Assembly: GCF_964188315.1 (NCBI RefSeq)
Contig: NC_135658.1
Location: 63,488,001-63,552,000, forward strand
Source of the DNA: Podarcis muralis
Taxonomy: Eukaryota
Direction: 5' to 3'
Length of the DNA stretch: 64,000 nt
The translations under genes were made by a program, and so were the position numbers. The stretch's first letter is position 1, and each line of letters begins with the position of its first letter. Positions 25,096 through 36,445 of this stretch are shown here, piece after piece. The notes beneath the pieces were generated by a model that saw only the letters and a list, made by a program, of their open reading frames with translations, made no database searches and was not told the origin of the DNA.

Positions 25096-25285
25096 AGGAA
25101 CATAAGAAGTTGCCTTAAGAAGTCAGGTCATTGGCCCATTAAGCTCTGTACTGTCAATAGCAACTGGCAGTAGCTTTCCAGAGTTTTACACGGAAATATT
25201 CCGCAGCCCTCCTTGGAGATGCCTCAGCCAGAACCTTGAACCTTTTGCAAGAAAGGTTTATGCTGAAGCATGGAGCTGCAACTAA
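25096..25285 (-). mobile_element. Degraded tRNA-derived SINE
   Basis: The + strand reads taggaacataagaagttgcc...ggagatgcc...gaaccttgaacctttt...tgctgaagcatggagctgc, which is the reverse complement of a tRNA head plus a CR1-like tail. Confidence 0.6.
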
Positions 25286-28200
25286 TTTCTTATATTATAG
25301 CTCTTGTCTCATATATGCCTTCTTTTTAGGGTGTCTCCCCCCCCCCCCCCAATGTTCTGCTTGCATTCTAAGGCAGCAGTGGGGGAACTACTTCTGTCTA
25401 TGGCTAGATCCAAAACTGGCTACCCTTTCATGGGCCACTTGACAGGAAGGCAGGTCCTCTGAGTATCACTAATATTTTATGGTTGCCCAGTAACTGTTCG
25501 TGTATTTGTCTGACTACGGGACTTTAGGTTTTGGAAGCAACAACAATTACGATTCTCCAGACACTTGAATCATTAGTGGTTATTCCAAATAGCTGCATAT
25601 TAGGCTGTGTCTGTGTACTTAAGTCTCGTAAGACCTATAAGTTTGCAAGAGAAAACTATTCCATTTAGGGCAGAGGCAGAACATCCTCTTCTGCTTTTCC
25701 TTTGATGGCATGGATTTGATGTAAGCTTGCCTGTAATTAAAATTTCCCAAATTTTACAGTACCAGGGATCATAATAAGAGTCCTATTGCTCTTCCACAGA
25801 CTTCTCTGTAGAATTCTGCCATCTCATAGTCAATTTTTAACCATCCTCCCGTTGTATAGCACAGATGTCCTAAGAGGTCATATGCTCTGGCAATCAATGT
25901 ATCTTACTTGATAGCAGATTATTGATAAAAGTGGAAATGAACTAATGCCTGCCTCATGCCAGCATTATGACCACCTATATCTCCAAAGTTCTTTAAGAAT
26001 GCTTTGCTCCAATGTTTCAGTTCCTGCCACTGATGCAATACCAAAGTACTGAAGCCAAAGTTATGCTCAGTAAGATCTGTCAAAAATAAAACCTTTGTCA
26101 GTCAATCATAACTTAAATAACGTGTTCCCTTCAGGCTGCAACCTGTCTTGCTTAGTGTCAATCTTGGAGCAAAGTTGTCTGACAACTTCTGATTCATACA
26201 AAATTTCAATTTCAGCTGCCATTTTCAACACAATGTCTGAAACAACTTTATTATAAAAATGCAAGGGTTCATTTTAGCTTTTTAAATTGCTATTGTAAGC
26301 ATATTTCTTTTAATAAACTCAAAACTGAAGCTGAAAGTGTGTTTCTAGGCTTAAAATCTGAAAAGTACTTTCTTCAAAGTACTTTGAGATATTTCCTTTA
26401 AAAAAAATTGCATGTCTCTTTCAGAATATGCACGAGTTTCTCCCCTCAACTATTGTTGATATTACAAAGGCCACAAATCAATAACAGTGCTACAAAATGT
26501 AGGGTCTACAATGTTCATTTTAATCTAAGAACAGATTCAGGTCTGAAATGTTCTGTAGGCAGTTGCTGATGTTCAAAAAGCCATGCCATTTCAGGAAGAA
26601 TATATACCCTAGTGGAGTGCAATTCTAGAAGTGGAATGTAAAGAGCGAGGCAGTGCATGAGGCAAACTGAGCTCCTGGTGCCCTACTGTTCCAACAAGCT
26701 TCATCAATGATGTTTTATCAAGAGAGGTGTGCTGAGGGGAAAGGCAGAACAGGAAGCAGTCGTGGTTGAATGGCAGGCTGAACAGGAGGGTATAGTCTTG
26801 TCATCTGGAACCAAGCACTGCCTTGCAGACAGGACCAGACCCGCCAACAAAGCAGGCATTTTCAATACCAATGTTTCTGCAAGAGGAGTGAATCTCACAA
26901 GGAACATGCCATGGCTCATCTTTAAAAGCTTGGCAAGTGGAATGTGGAAAGTTGATGGAAAGTATTCCTTCCTTCCATCCAATTCTGAACTTTTTGACCT
27001 GTGACTCACGAGCCTTGTGTCAGCTGCTTAGTGTCTCCCACTACTTACCTGAATAGAGATCTCTTTCTCATTTACAAGTAAGACCATCCACTCGTGTCTC
27101 TTGGGGCAAGAGTCATGACATTTATTTACATATGATGGGTGCAGGCAGGGGTTTAAATGAAGAGATCTCCTACAGCCACATTTGGTTTTAAGCCTTAGCC
27201 GAGAAGCTCATTGAATGGACAAATGACACTTTCCCCAATGTTAGCATTGGCTTCTTCCTATTTTGCTTTCTTTTTAAATCAAAACTCTTGGAGAAATAGT
27301 AGAAGACAACTTTAGTAAATGAAACTTCAACAATGGTGTAATCTATAATCACAGTTAGTGAAATCTGCAACACACGATTTACTTCCAGTTGCTTTGTTGC
27401 AAATCTGTGTCATCTGGCTCACACAGGCAGTTCAGATAACTCTGCCCATTTCTCTGATCTAAATTGTGACCTTATTGATAATGGCTATCATCTTGGATGC
27501 TTTTAATTATTTTCAGGTCTCAAGGAAGCACTTCCGTTCCTTTCCGCCTTTGCTAGCAAAGCTGAAACTGGTGTGTGTCTGCCCCACTGTCTCCATTAAA
27601 GTGGCATCTGTTATGTAGTTTAAACTCATAGCATTATTTCACTCTTGAAGGTTTCCTTAACTGAAGGCTTTAGTAATCTTCCCATCCTACTGTCTTTTCA
27701 TTATCTCTGGTTCTGTGATCTGTCTTGCCTTTTTGCAAATCTTATTCTGATTTGGATAATAAACCTCTTAAAGCCTATAAAGCAGATGGTACCTTTTGTC
27801 ACTTCCATAGGGACTCAGGCTAGGATCTAATTGGAAATTCCCCTGTTGCGTACTGAATTACATTTTGCTGTCATCACCAGCAGAGGAGAGAAGGTTTAAC
27901 CTTTTTTCATTTGCATACGTTGCAAGCTCTTACTCTCTAAAATCATAACAGACTTGCCACCCTTTTACGGAAAAAAACTCAGCACACTTGAGTTTTTAAT
28001 TTTTAGCTACAGATATGAGCATTCTGTTAAGGAATTTTGAGCCAGTCTTTATCTTGAGCTTAATTCCTGCAAAAGTATAATTAATGAAAATATAAATTAT
28101 AATAAGTTACAATAACATTAAATTAAAATTCAAAATTATAGAACCACTGGGAATCAGAAGTTTTATCTCCACAGCACAACAGATCACATTGAACAGGATC

Positions 28201-28589
28201 CTATGGTATATTGATATCCTGATCCTTAAAGCAATGTACTTGTACAATTAGGGATTAAGTTTTATGATCTTGTATCAGTGTCATACATTTGCAGACCACA
28301 CTCACAGTGTTTCTTGGGAGACTGTCCAAGACCCCTGTGGTATAAAATTTAAATAAGAAGATGGCAGGGTAATTTACTACAAACAAATAATCATACTTTT
28401 GAAATCTCTGTGGTGAGATCTTTTCAACCCATTTCAACACAAAATCATTTATTTGTATTGGTACAGCATAACACTGCATCAGTGAAATGATTAGATCCAT
28501 GCCTACTTTCAAAATCTGAAAATATGAATTGAATTTTAATTATGACTAGAATGGGCTTGTTGTCAATATTTATTGCTGGGGAATCTAAG

Positions 28590-28730
28590 TGAGGAGAGCA
28601 CAAACTGTTGGTTCTCATACACTGTTTGCTGGTTTCCCACAGGCATTTGGTTGACCCGCTTTGAAAACAGGATGTAGTATTAGGTGGGCCTTTTGGTCTG
28701 ATCCAGTTGGTCTTTCCAGTGTTCCTATTA
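28590..28730 (+). mobile_element. Degraded CR1-type 3' tail
   Basis: Reverse-complement similarity to 37665-37790, ending ...ttttggtctgatccag...gttcctatt. Confidence 0.5.
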
Positions 28731-28738
28731 CTCTAAAG

Positions 28739-28933
28739 CAGGCATGTCCAACTCCCAAGAGCCTGCAATCTACTCCCACTATAAAAACACTGACAGTGAT
28801 TGACCGAAGTTAAGCTTTTTTGGAGAAGCCAAAGTTGGGGGGGTGAGGAAGAAGATTGCGAGATTGACCAGGATCAACCATGGACCCCCCACAATCGAAC
28901 GGTAGATCGCAACCAACCTGTTGGGCATGCCTG
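28739..28933. mobile_element. hAT-type MITE with a perfect 8-bp TSD
   Basis: TIRs caggcatgtccaac / gttgggcatgcctg. ctctaaag occurs at both 28731-28738 and 28934-28941. Confidence 0.92.
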
Positions 28934-28985
28934 CTCTAAAGTTATTTATTCCTCCTTTTCCAATTAGAATTTGTATCTTGCTAGT

Positions 28986-29955
28986 CTATGTGGGACAAGA
29001 AGCTACAGTTAGAACTGGATATGGAACAACTGATTGGTTCAAAATTGGGAAAGGAGTACGGCAAGGCTGTATATTGTCTCCCTGCTTATTTAACTTATAT
29101 GCAGAATTCATCATGCGAAAGGCTGGGCTGGATGAATCCCAAGCCGGAATTAAGATTGCCGGAAGAAAAATCAACAACCTCAGATATGCAGATGACACAA
29201 CCTTGATGGCAGAAAGTGAGGAGGAATTAAAGAACCTTTTAATGAGGGTGAAAGAGGAGAGCGCAAAATATGGTCTGAAGCTCAACATCAAAAAAACGAA
29301 GATCATGGCCACTGGTCCCATCACCTCCTGGCAAATAGAAGGGGAAGAAATGGAGGCAGTGAGAGATTTTACTTTCTTGGGCTCCATGATCACTGCAGAT
29401 GGTGACAGCAGTCACAAAATTAAAAGACGTCTGCTCCTTGGGAGAAAGGCAATGGCAAACCTAGACAGCATCTTAAAAAGCAGGGACATCACCTTGCCAA
29501 CAAAGGTCTGTATAGTTAAAGCCATGGTTTACCCAGTAGTGATGTATGGAAGTGAGAGCTGGACCATAAAGAAGGCTGATGCTTTTGAATTAAGGTGCTG
29601 GAGGAGACTCTTGAGAGTTCCATGGACTGCAAGAAGATCAAACGCATCCATTCTTAAGGAAATTAGCCTTGAGTGCTCACTGGAAGGACAGATCGTGAAG
29701 CTGAGGCTCCAATACTTTGGCCACCTAATGAGAAGAGAAGACTCCCTGGAAAAGACCCTGCTGTTGGGAAAGATTGAGGGCACAAGGAGAAGGGGACGAC
29801 AGAGGACAAGATGGTTGGACAGTGTTCTCGAAGCTACGAACATGGGTTTGACCAAACTGCGGGAGGCAGTGGAAGACAGGAGTGCCTGGCGTGCTCTGGT
29901 CCATGGGGTCACGAAGAGTTGGACACGACTAAACGACTAAACAACAACAACAACA
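28986..29955 (+). mobile_element. 5'-truncated BovB (RTE-clade) LINE: C-terminal half of the RT, 11-bp TSD
   Basis: Open frame with GVRQGCILSPCLFNLY, NNLRYADDT, GLKLNIKKTK and RRRGRQRTRWLD, a (CAA)n tail, and atcttgctagt at both 28975-28985 and 29956-29966. Confidence 0.96.
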
Positions 29956-32491
29956 ATCTTGCTAGTGCAATGTAGGTTAGAAGTGTTTAAAAGGTGGGTT
30001 TTGGTTTTTGGTAAGGATATTTATGTAGGGGGGGAAAGGATAGATGAACAGCGGACATAAGATATATCTCTCTCCCCCCCCCCCTAAACCTAGCTAACAA
30101 TTGAAAGTCAAGGAAAAAGGGAAAGCTTCTGGAAGACAGATGGTTTGTGAAGATCCCTATGAAAAGAATTCCATAACTGCAGAGCAGCTGCTAAAATGGA
30201 TATAAAGTAGAAGATTGTTGGTGCTGCTGCTGTGGTGAGGTTCCCCTGATTCACTTGACATTCTCCTAGCCATATTTACATGGAAGTAAATTCATGCAAA
30301 TCACTGGCGCTTACACCTTAGAAGAAGCTGCCTTAGCAGTCCTTTTTCAGACTTTAAGATTAATATGGGAGCTGTACAAGCATCCTTTTTGCTCCAGGTA
30401 AATACATCAGGAAGGCACTGTGTTGAGTCATTTCTCTGCATGTGAACCTGAAGCAAAGCAGGCAGTCACATGGCCATTCACAGATGACATTTTACATTTT
30501 TCATCCAACTCAAGTACTGTAATCCACACAGAAAAAAGTATAATTTGTGAAGCACTTCTATGTGTATTTAAAATCAACACACTGGGCATTTTGATGGGAC
30601 AGCATGAACCCACCTCCAGACATTCCATATGCCAGACATATGCCAGATATGTGTTATGCTATTTAAGACCATTAATGTCCAGAAAGGCCTGGAAGGCCAT
30701 TAACTAAGTCCAAGGACTCAAATTATCTAATTGCACTACATCATATTAGCGGCCTTTGAACTGTACTAAATCTGAGTTTTCCAGTCACTTACCTGATGGT
30801 AACACTGTCTATCTGATGTTATGATATTTCTAAAATACAGCCTTCATTAGCAAATGAACCACACAAATCCAAAATTAGGTCTACCACCCTAAGCAGCACC
30901 ATCTGAAAGTGAGACCAATTCAACATGGTGAGACATTTCTGAGAAAGTATGCATAGGATAACACTACACTGCTTCTACCAAAGTCTGTTGTTAAAAGAGA
31001 ACATGGAAAAAATGTTGAACTAGTTCTTTACCCCACAATAGTTTATGAAAGCCCTGCCATCTTTATTCCATTGATAATCAAAGAATTTGGCCAATCTCAT
31101 GGTCATCAGCTCCTTTTGTCCACCTAACTGGCCACATGTCTCTGAACAAATGGTAGAAATCTTTTGATATGTCACAGAGAAAATGTGGCTTTTAAAAAAG
31201 TGAACTAGTTACATGGCAGATCCTTTTAAATTCAGTGAATGAAACTTTCCTCTGCATTCAACTAGCTCAGAGTACTTGGTATGGCACTTTCTTTTAACAG
31301 CCATATTTTCCTGACCATTGTTTTAAAGTTTCTTGGTTTGCCTCCTAAATTGGCCTGCCTGATCACCCACTTCAGTTGTGCCTGTCAAAACTACTAATGC
31401 TGACTTTTTACATACAAGACTTGGCAATTCACATGTAGCTGGATGGGTTGATGTCATCTCACACAGTCTGGGGTTGGAAGAAACATTTCCATCCAGTGAA
31501 TTTAATGCTGGGCTTTGTGAGCTTTTAAATGCACTTTCCCAATTCCAATTATTTAGATTTTCCTAACTTTAGATTAATATCATTGAATATATTAATGTGT
31601 CAGAAAATGTATGTTTCTGGTACAACAACAGCACCTTCCTGTGTGTGTCTACTCATAAGTAAGTCCCACTGGACTGCAGCCTAAAGTTTGAAGAATCAGA
31701 ATTCTGTGGTTTCTGTGGTCGTTTATAAGCATGCCTAACTCCCCAGAATGAGAATCATCAATCAATATTTTATATATATTGGGAAATGGGTTGCCTGTTC
31801 ACTGTGCATATGGACATTTTTAAAGCTATCATAATCAAATTTTGCATGCTGATTCCTGAGATCAAGAAACAGGTTTTGATCTATGTTTGGATACAACTGA
31901 ATGCATCAAGATGGCAGACAGAAACTTTCAAAACTTCACTTGGTTTTTTGTTTCTTTGAATTCCCAAGCAATGTGGGGGATGAGACTCCTAGTTATAAAT
32001 AATTGGCTGAGTTAAAACTTTATAGTGAGAGGATACCCAGTAAGCTTCCAGGTATCATAATGTGGAAAAATATATGAATATGTATCTAGAACTACTGTTA
32101 AATTTGGAATCTCTATTCAGGGTGCCTCCAGAATATATTATTTTTCAAAAAGGATACAAGAAGCATACCAGGAAATTTAGGTTTACATGATTAAAGTAGA
32201 TTAAAGTGCTCTGTCACCATAGCACAGCAAAACCACTTTAAAGAAGAAACAGATTTTTTCTGGTTAGGCAAGTGATAGGGGAATGCATTGAATACTATAA
32301 AATGACAAAATGGTTAATGGGAAGATACATAAACACCTCACAAGCAAATCAGAATGAATGATCATTGTCATATAACCTCCTTGGAAACAAATCAGAATGG
32401 ATGCTCAATGAAGACTGGATACAAACTAACTTTGGTGTAAGATTTGTAGAAGAAAATCTGGATGAATGCTCAATAAATATGTTGTCTAGAG

Positions 32492-32803
32492 TAGGAATGA
32501 GGGGGGATTTGATTCAGTTCACATTTAAAGGTGAAACTAGCAGATTTGCACTTTCCAACAAAAACACAACCATCTTTCCAAATTGACACTTCTCTGAATT
32601 TTGCAACATATTTCTCCATGCATACAATAATGCATATCATAGGGCAAAGTGTGCTTTGAAATGCATAATATATCAGTGAAAATAACATGCAAAAATGAGA
32701 AACTTACTTTGCAAAAATATATCTATTAGGGTAAATTGCACATAAATATGTGTAAATTCAGAGACATTCACACTAAAAGTTGATTGATTTACACGATCCC
32801 TTA
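32492..32803 (+). mobile_element. Second copy of the DNA-transposon-like family at 12536-13175
   Basis: Shared gatttgattcagttcacattt...gacacttctctgaattttgcaa. Ends atccctta. Confidence 0.55.
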
Positions 32804-33225
32804 AAAATAATAATAAAAAACTGTGGTGGAAAAGCAGAGAACTGAACTCCAGACTAGAAAAACGAGAGAGTGATAAACAGAGAGAAAACAAAAATAACAG
32901 ATACGTCCATTCCTAGTCTGGATGAGCCTTCAGCAACAAAATATAAAACAAATGGTATATTCTTAGATTTAAAAAGACATAAATGTTTCTTGGCTCAGGT
33001 GTTTGCTCATTGCATTCACACTATTTTCATGAACATAAACCAGAACTTAATGTAAACATCATTATCTCTCTGCTTGTATGTTATTTTAAACAGGGCTGCT
33101 TAGTTGCCTCCTTTCTAAATAGCTTTTCCCTGTAAATATGCTCTGTTTACTGGCATTTAGATCACTTCAAAATTTTTTGTTCCAGATGCACTTGTGCTCA
33201 CCCCCCCCCCATCCCCATTGTACTT

Positions 33226-33356
33226 NNNNNNNNNNNNNNNNNNNNNNNNNNNNNNNNNNNNNNNNNNNNNNNNNNNNNNNNNNNNNNNNNNNNNNNNNNN
33301 NNNNNNNNNNNNNNNNNNNNNNNNNNNNNNNNNNNNNNNNNNNNNNNNNNNNNNNN
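33226..33356. other. Assembly gap (131 N)
   Basis: Run of N. Confidence 1.
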
Positions 33357-33720
33357 AATTTGCATGCTGTCAGGGAGGAGAGCCAGGCAGACTGGAGGGG
33401 GCGGAGCAGAGCAAGTGCAGAAATGCCCAACCTGCAGCTGAGGAAAGGCAGAGTGGGTGGAGCAGTGGCAAAAGGTATCAGGAAGGACAATCAAGGAGAG
33501 CTAGCAAGAGAAGCCGAGATGCTGCCGGAAGGGAGTGTAAGTGAAGCAGAGCAAAGCCAGAGATAAACGCTAATAGAAGAGAAAGAGGGGGAGGCTAGAG
33601 GCAAAGATGGAGATGTAATTAAAGGCAGCAGGAGGAGAGAGACAAGAAAACTAGCACTGAGACAGTGAAAGAAAGCAAGAGCAGCAAGGAGGGAGCTGAA
33701 ATTGGGGAGAAAAGCAGGGA

Positions 33721-33845
33721 ATCATAGAATTGTAGAGTTGGAAGGAACACTGAGCCTCATCTAGTCCAATCCCCTGCAATGCAGGAATCTCAACACATGA
33801 TCCCCCATCCAATTTGGAACCATACCAGATCCTGCTTAGCTTTGC
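33721..33845 (-). mobile_element. CR1-type tail or SINE fragment
   Basis: atcatagaattgtagagttggaagg...ctagtccaatcccctgcaatgcaggaat is the reverse complement of the CR1 3' terminus (compare 39270-39311). Confidence 0.75.
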
Positions 33846-33977
33846 AAACATGCTAGCAAGCATAAGGGACTGAGCAAGCCCTGTCCAAAGGAACAACTGC
33901 TGGGTTAGAGGAGCATCAAATGGAATCGTGAGAGGTGACTTAGTGGTGAACTAACAAGAAGTTTGACAGGATTCAGG

Positions 33978-34343
33978 TGTCAGGGACTGGCTGAATGATA
34001 AAGAGAAAAACCAGGCACTGCTCCAGTTTCTCAGCAGCTGCAGTCCCTCTTCGGCTAGCTCTCCCGACACTAAGATCAACCTTGCACCTTGCTGAGCAAC
34101 AGGCCAGACAGGCCCAGAGGGCCAGCACCACCGCCCTTCGCCACAGTTTACGGTTGCTTGGGAGGAGTCCAGAGGGAGCGGGCTGGAGAGGGAAGGAGTG
34201 GCCACACGCCAGTCTGAGCAACGTCTTCAGCTAGGACAGATTAGCCTAGACAAACTCTGTTGTGTTTTGTGAATAGAAGCTGATTGCACTTAGCATTCTT
34301 ACTGACCTGTGGATGAACCTGCATTCCTGACAGCCCCTTGACA
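33978..34343 (+). mobile_element. Solo LTR, 366 bp, with a 5-bp TSD
   Basis: Termini tgtcaggg...cccttgaca (inverted TGTCA/TGACA). tcagg occurs at both 33973-33977 and 34344-34348. Confidence 0.8.
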
Positions 34344-35319
34344 TCAGGTGATATAGAATCCTTCAACAATGCAAGGCTGCTGAAGCAGGTAAAAAAGAAA
34401 CTTCACTTAAGAGGAGATGCTATGAGGGCAAGAACCCTAAACTTGGCCTGAGGGCAGGGTTTGCCAGGAGGATAGCAATCAGGGCAGGCCTTCCCAAGAG
34501 GCAAGGTGAGGCCACTGCCTCATTTGCAGGATCCACAGGGGCAGCAGATCCCAATGTAGATCTTTATTTCCCCTTGTTCATGATGTAGATCTCCAGTCAC
34601 CTCTTCTTTCCCAAGGTGGGGAGGGGGGCGGCTTTTGTGGTTTGCCAAAATGCCCAAGACCAGCTTTATCAATCAATCAGCCCCGATGTGGGGCAGATAC
34701 CCTGTCAGCACAGGGATTATTGCAAGTGCCATCAACAGGAATCCTGCAGCTGGGGACTCTGCCAATGGCCCTTCTGCCCACAAGCATGTTTGGCAGACAG
34801 TACAGGGAACTCCACACAGTGGTGTGAAAGTCATGTCATTGCAGGTAGAGCTGTCAGTGGCCAGAGGGCTGGGAAGAGGTGCTACAAAATTATTTTATGT
34901 AAAAAATATTATTTTTGTAATTTAATAGTTGCTAGATGCATGTTAGATAATACTGGCTACATAAATGTTTCTTAAAAACAAGAACAGAGCACTTTTGTTA
35001 AATGAGGTGATCATTTTGAACAGTGCATAACCTCAGTTAGCTTTTAAATAGGTAATAATGGGGGAAAGAAACTCATTAGATTTAAATAGGGCTGCACTGA
35101 ATGTTCTCTAATTTTGTTATTTGCTTTGAAAGTAGCACATTTGATGCAGCCAAACAGATTAGCACAAAAACATTCACCTTGTTGAACATTCACGCTGTTT
35201 GTTGTTTGGCATACTTTAGTTTCCCTGGCTTCTGCGGCCTCTTTAATGCCATTTCCTATGTCGTCTTCTTTGTTATCACAGTGTTTGGCCTCATTTGCTC
35301 AGGGTGCCATTGTATTATT

Positions 35320-35340
35320 ATCATTATTATTATTATTATC
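35320..35340. repeat. (ATT)n microsatellite
   Basis: Direct reading. Confidence 0.85.
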
Positions 35341-35454
35341 ACCATTGTTTATTGCCCACCCTCCACCCTAAAGTCCCAGGGCACTTTACAACAATTTGAA
35401 CTACAACATTAAAAACTGTTTAAAGCAACTTACAATTACAAAAATAGTATGGGT

Positions 35455-35469
35455 CTGTCTATCTATCTA

Positions 35470-35507
<38 letters not shown>

Positions 35508-35544
35508 ATCTATCTATCTATCTATCTATCTATCTAATCTATCT
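35455..35544. repeat. Compound (TCTA)n(TCTG)n tetranucleotide microsatellite
   Basis: Direct reading. Confidence 0.95.
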
Positions 35545-36234
35545 CAGGTACCAAAGGGACCTATTGAATGTAATAGCTCATGTGATTTTGCTAACAACAT
35601 GATTTTGTTTATTAAAATTTGTGACACCACACCATCAAACACAATATTATGATGCTATCAACACAATTTTGTGGGTTGCCACAACTAGCATAATTAAAGA
35701 GCAGTGTGAGAAAGTAAGGCTAAGGACGACTGTGAGGTAACGAAAAAGAAAAACAAGGGAGAAAATGGCACCAAAGGTACTTCATGGGTATGTTTGCATT
35801 AGGTGCTGAAAATCATGACAAAAGAAGAGGCCCCTTTCAACATCAGTGACAAAGAACACAAAATGACTAAACCTTTGTTTTAAATGGAGTTGAATGCATT
35901 TTACAAACAACTACATGCATTATACATCTCCTGACTGCAGCACCAGCTACAAAGCAGAGACGGGACCAACACAGTGTGGGTCCAGAAACAAATGGCTGTT
36001 TGTGGCAAGAAGGCAAACAAGGGGGGCGGGAGAGAGGAAATATTTAAATCCTCTCACCATCTATAGCTACACTCTCCCTGCCTTCTAGTCTTGAACCTGC
36101 TGAGCCTCTCACCATCAGGCAAGCCAGCCCCAGCAGCTAAAAACAGCAGTAGTCTTGTGACCTCTGCACCTGCCACTGCTACCATCGCTTTAACTGAGCA
36201 GGTGGTTGTGGACCAGATCTAGGTGCTCTTGGAG

Positions 36235-36445
36235 GAAACTGATTTTCTAGATCCATTTCAATTGGAAATTAGGCCTGGTTTTGGCACAGAAACTGCTTGG
36301 GTATGACCATCTCTGTTGGGAGAGAGACGGGGAAATGTGTCTTTGTTAATTCTCCTCAACCTCTCAGTGGCTTTCAGTACCATCAACCATGGTATCCTTC
36401 TGGAGCAGCTGCCCAAGTTAGGGATGGGTGGCACTGCTTTGGCTA
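36235..36445 (+). mobile_element. L2-clade reverse transcriptase fragment
   Basis: DFLDPFQ..IRPGFGTETA and LLILLNLSVAFSTINHGILLEQL resemble the conserved FQSGFRPG.GTETAL and LLDLSAAFDTIDH motifs. Confidence 0.85.

Larger units (their letters stand above)
33368..34368 (+). mobile_element. Putative outer solo LTR (TG...CA, 4-bp TSD atgc) interrupted by two insertions
   Basis: Starts tgtcaggga at 33368 and ends ...cttcaaca at 34368. atgc occurs at 33364-33367 and 34369-34372. The body is purine-rich. Confidence 0.5.

Noticed and set aside
26632-26644. miR-1-like sequence tggaatgtaaaga
   Set aside because: Only the first 13 nt match, the rest diverges, and there is no complementary upstream arm.
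28921-29940. 339-aa ORF as a host gene
   Set aside because: It is a BovB RT fragment with a tail and TSD. The first ~22 codons come from a MITE and flanking DNA.
32837-32850. miR-146-like sequence gagaactgaa
   Set aside because: Partial match with a wrong first base and a divergent 3' half. No hairpin is evident.
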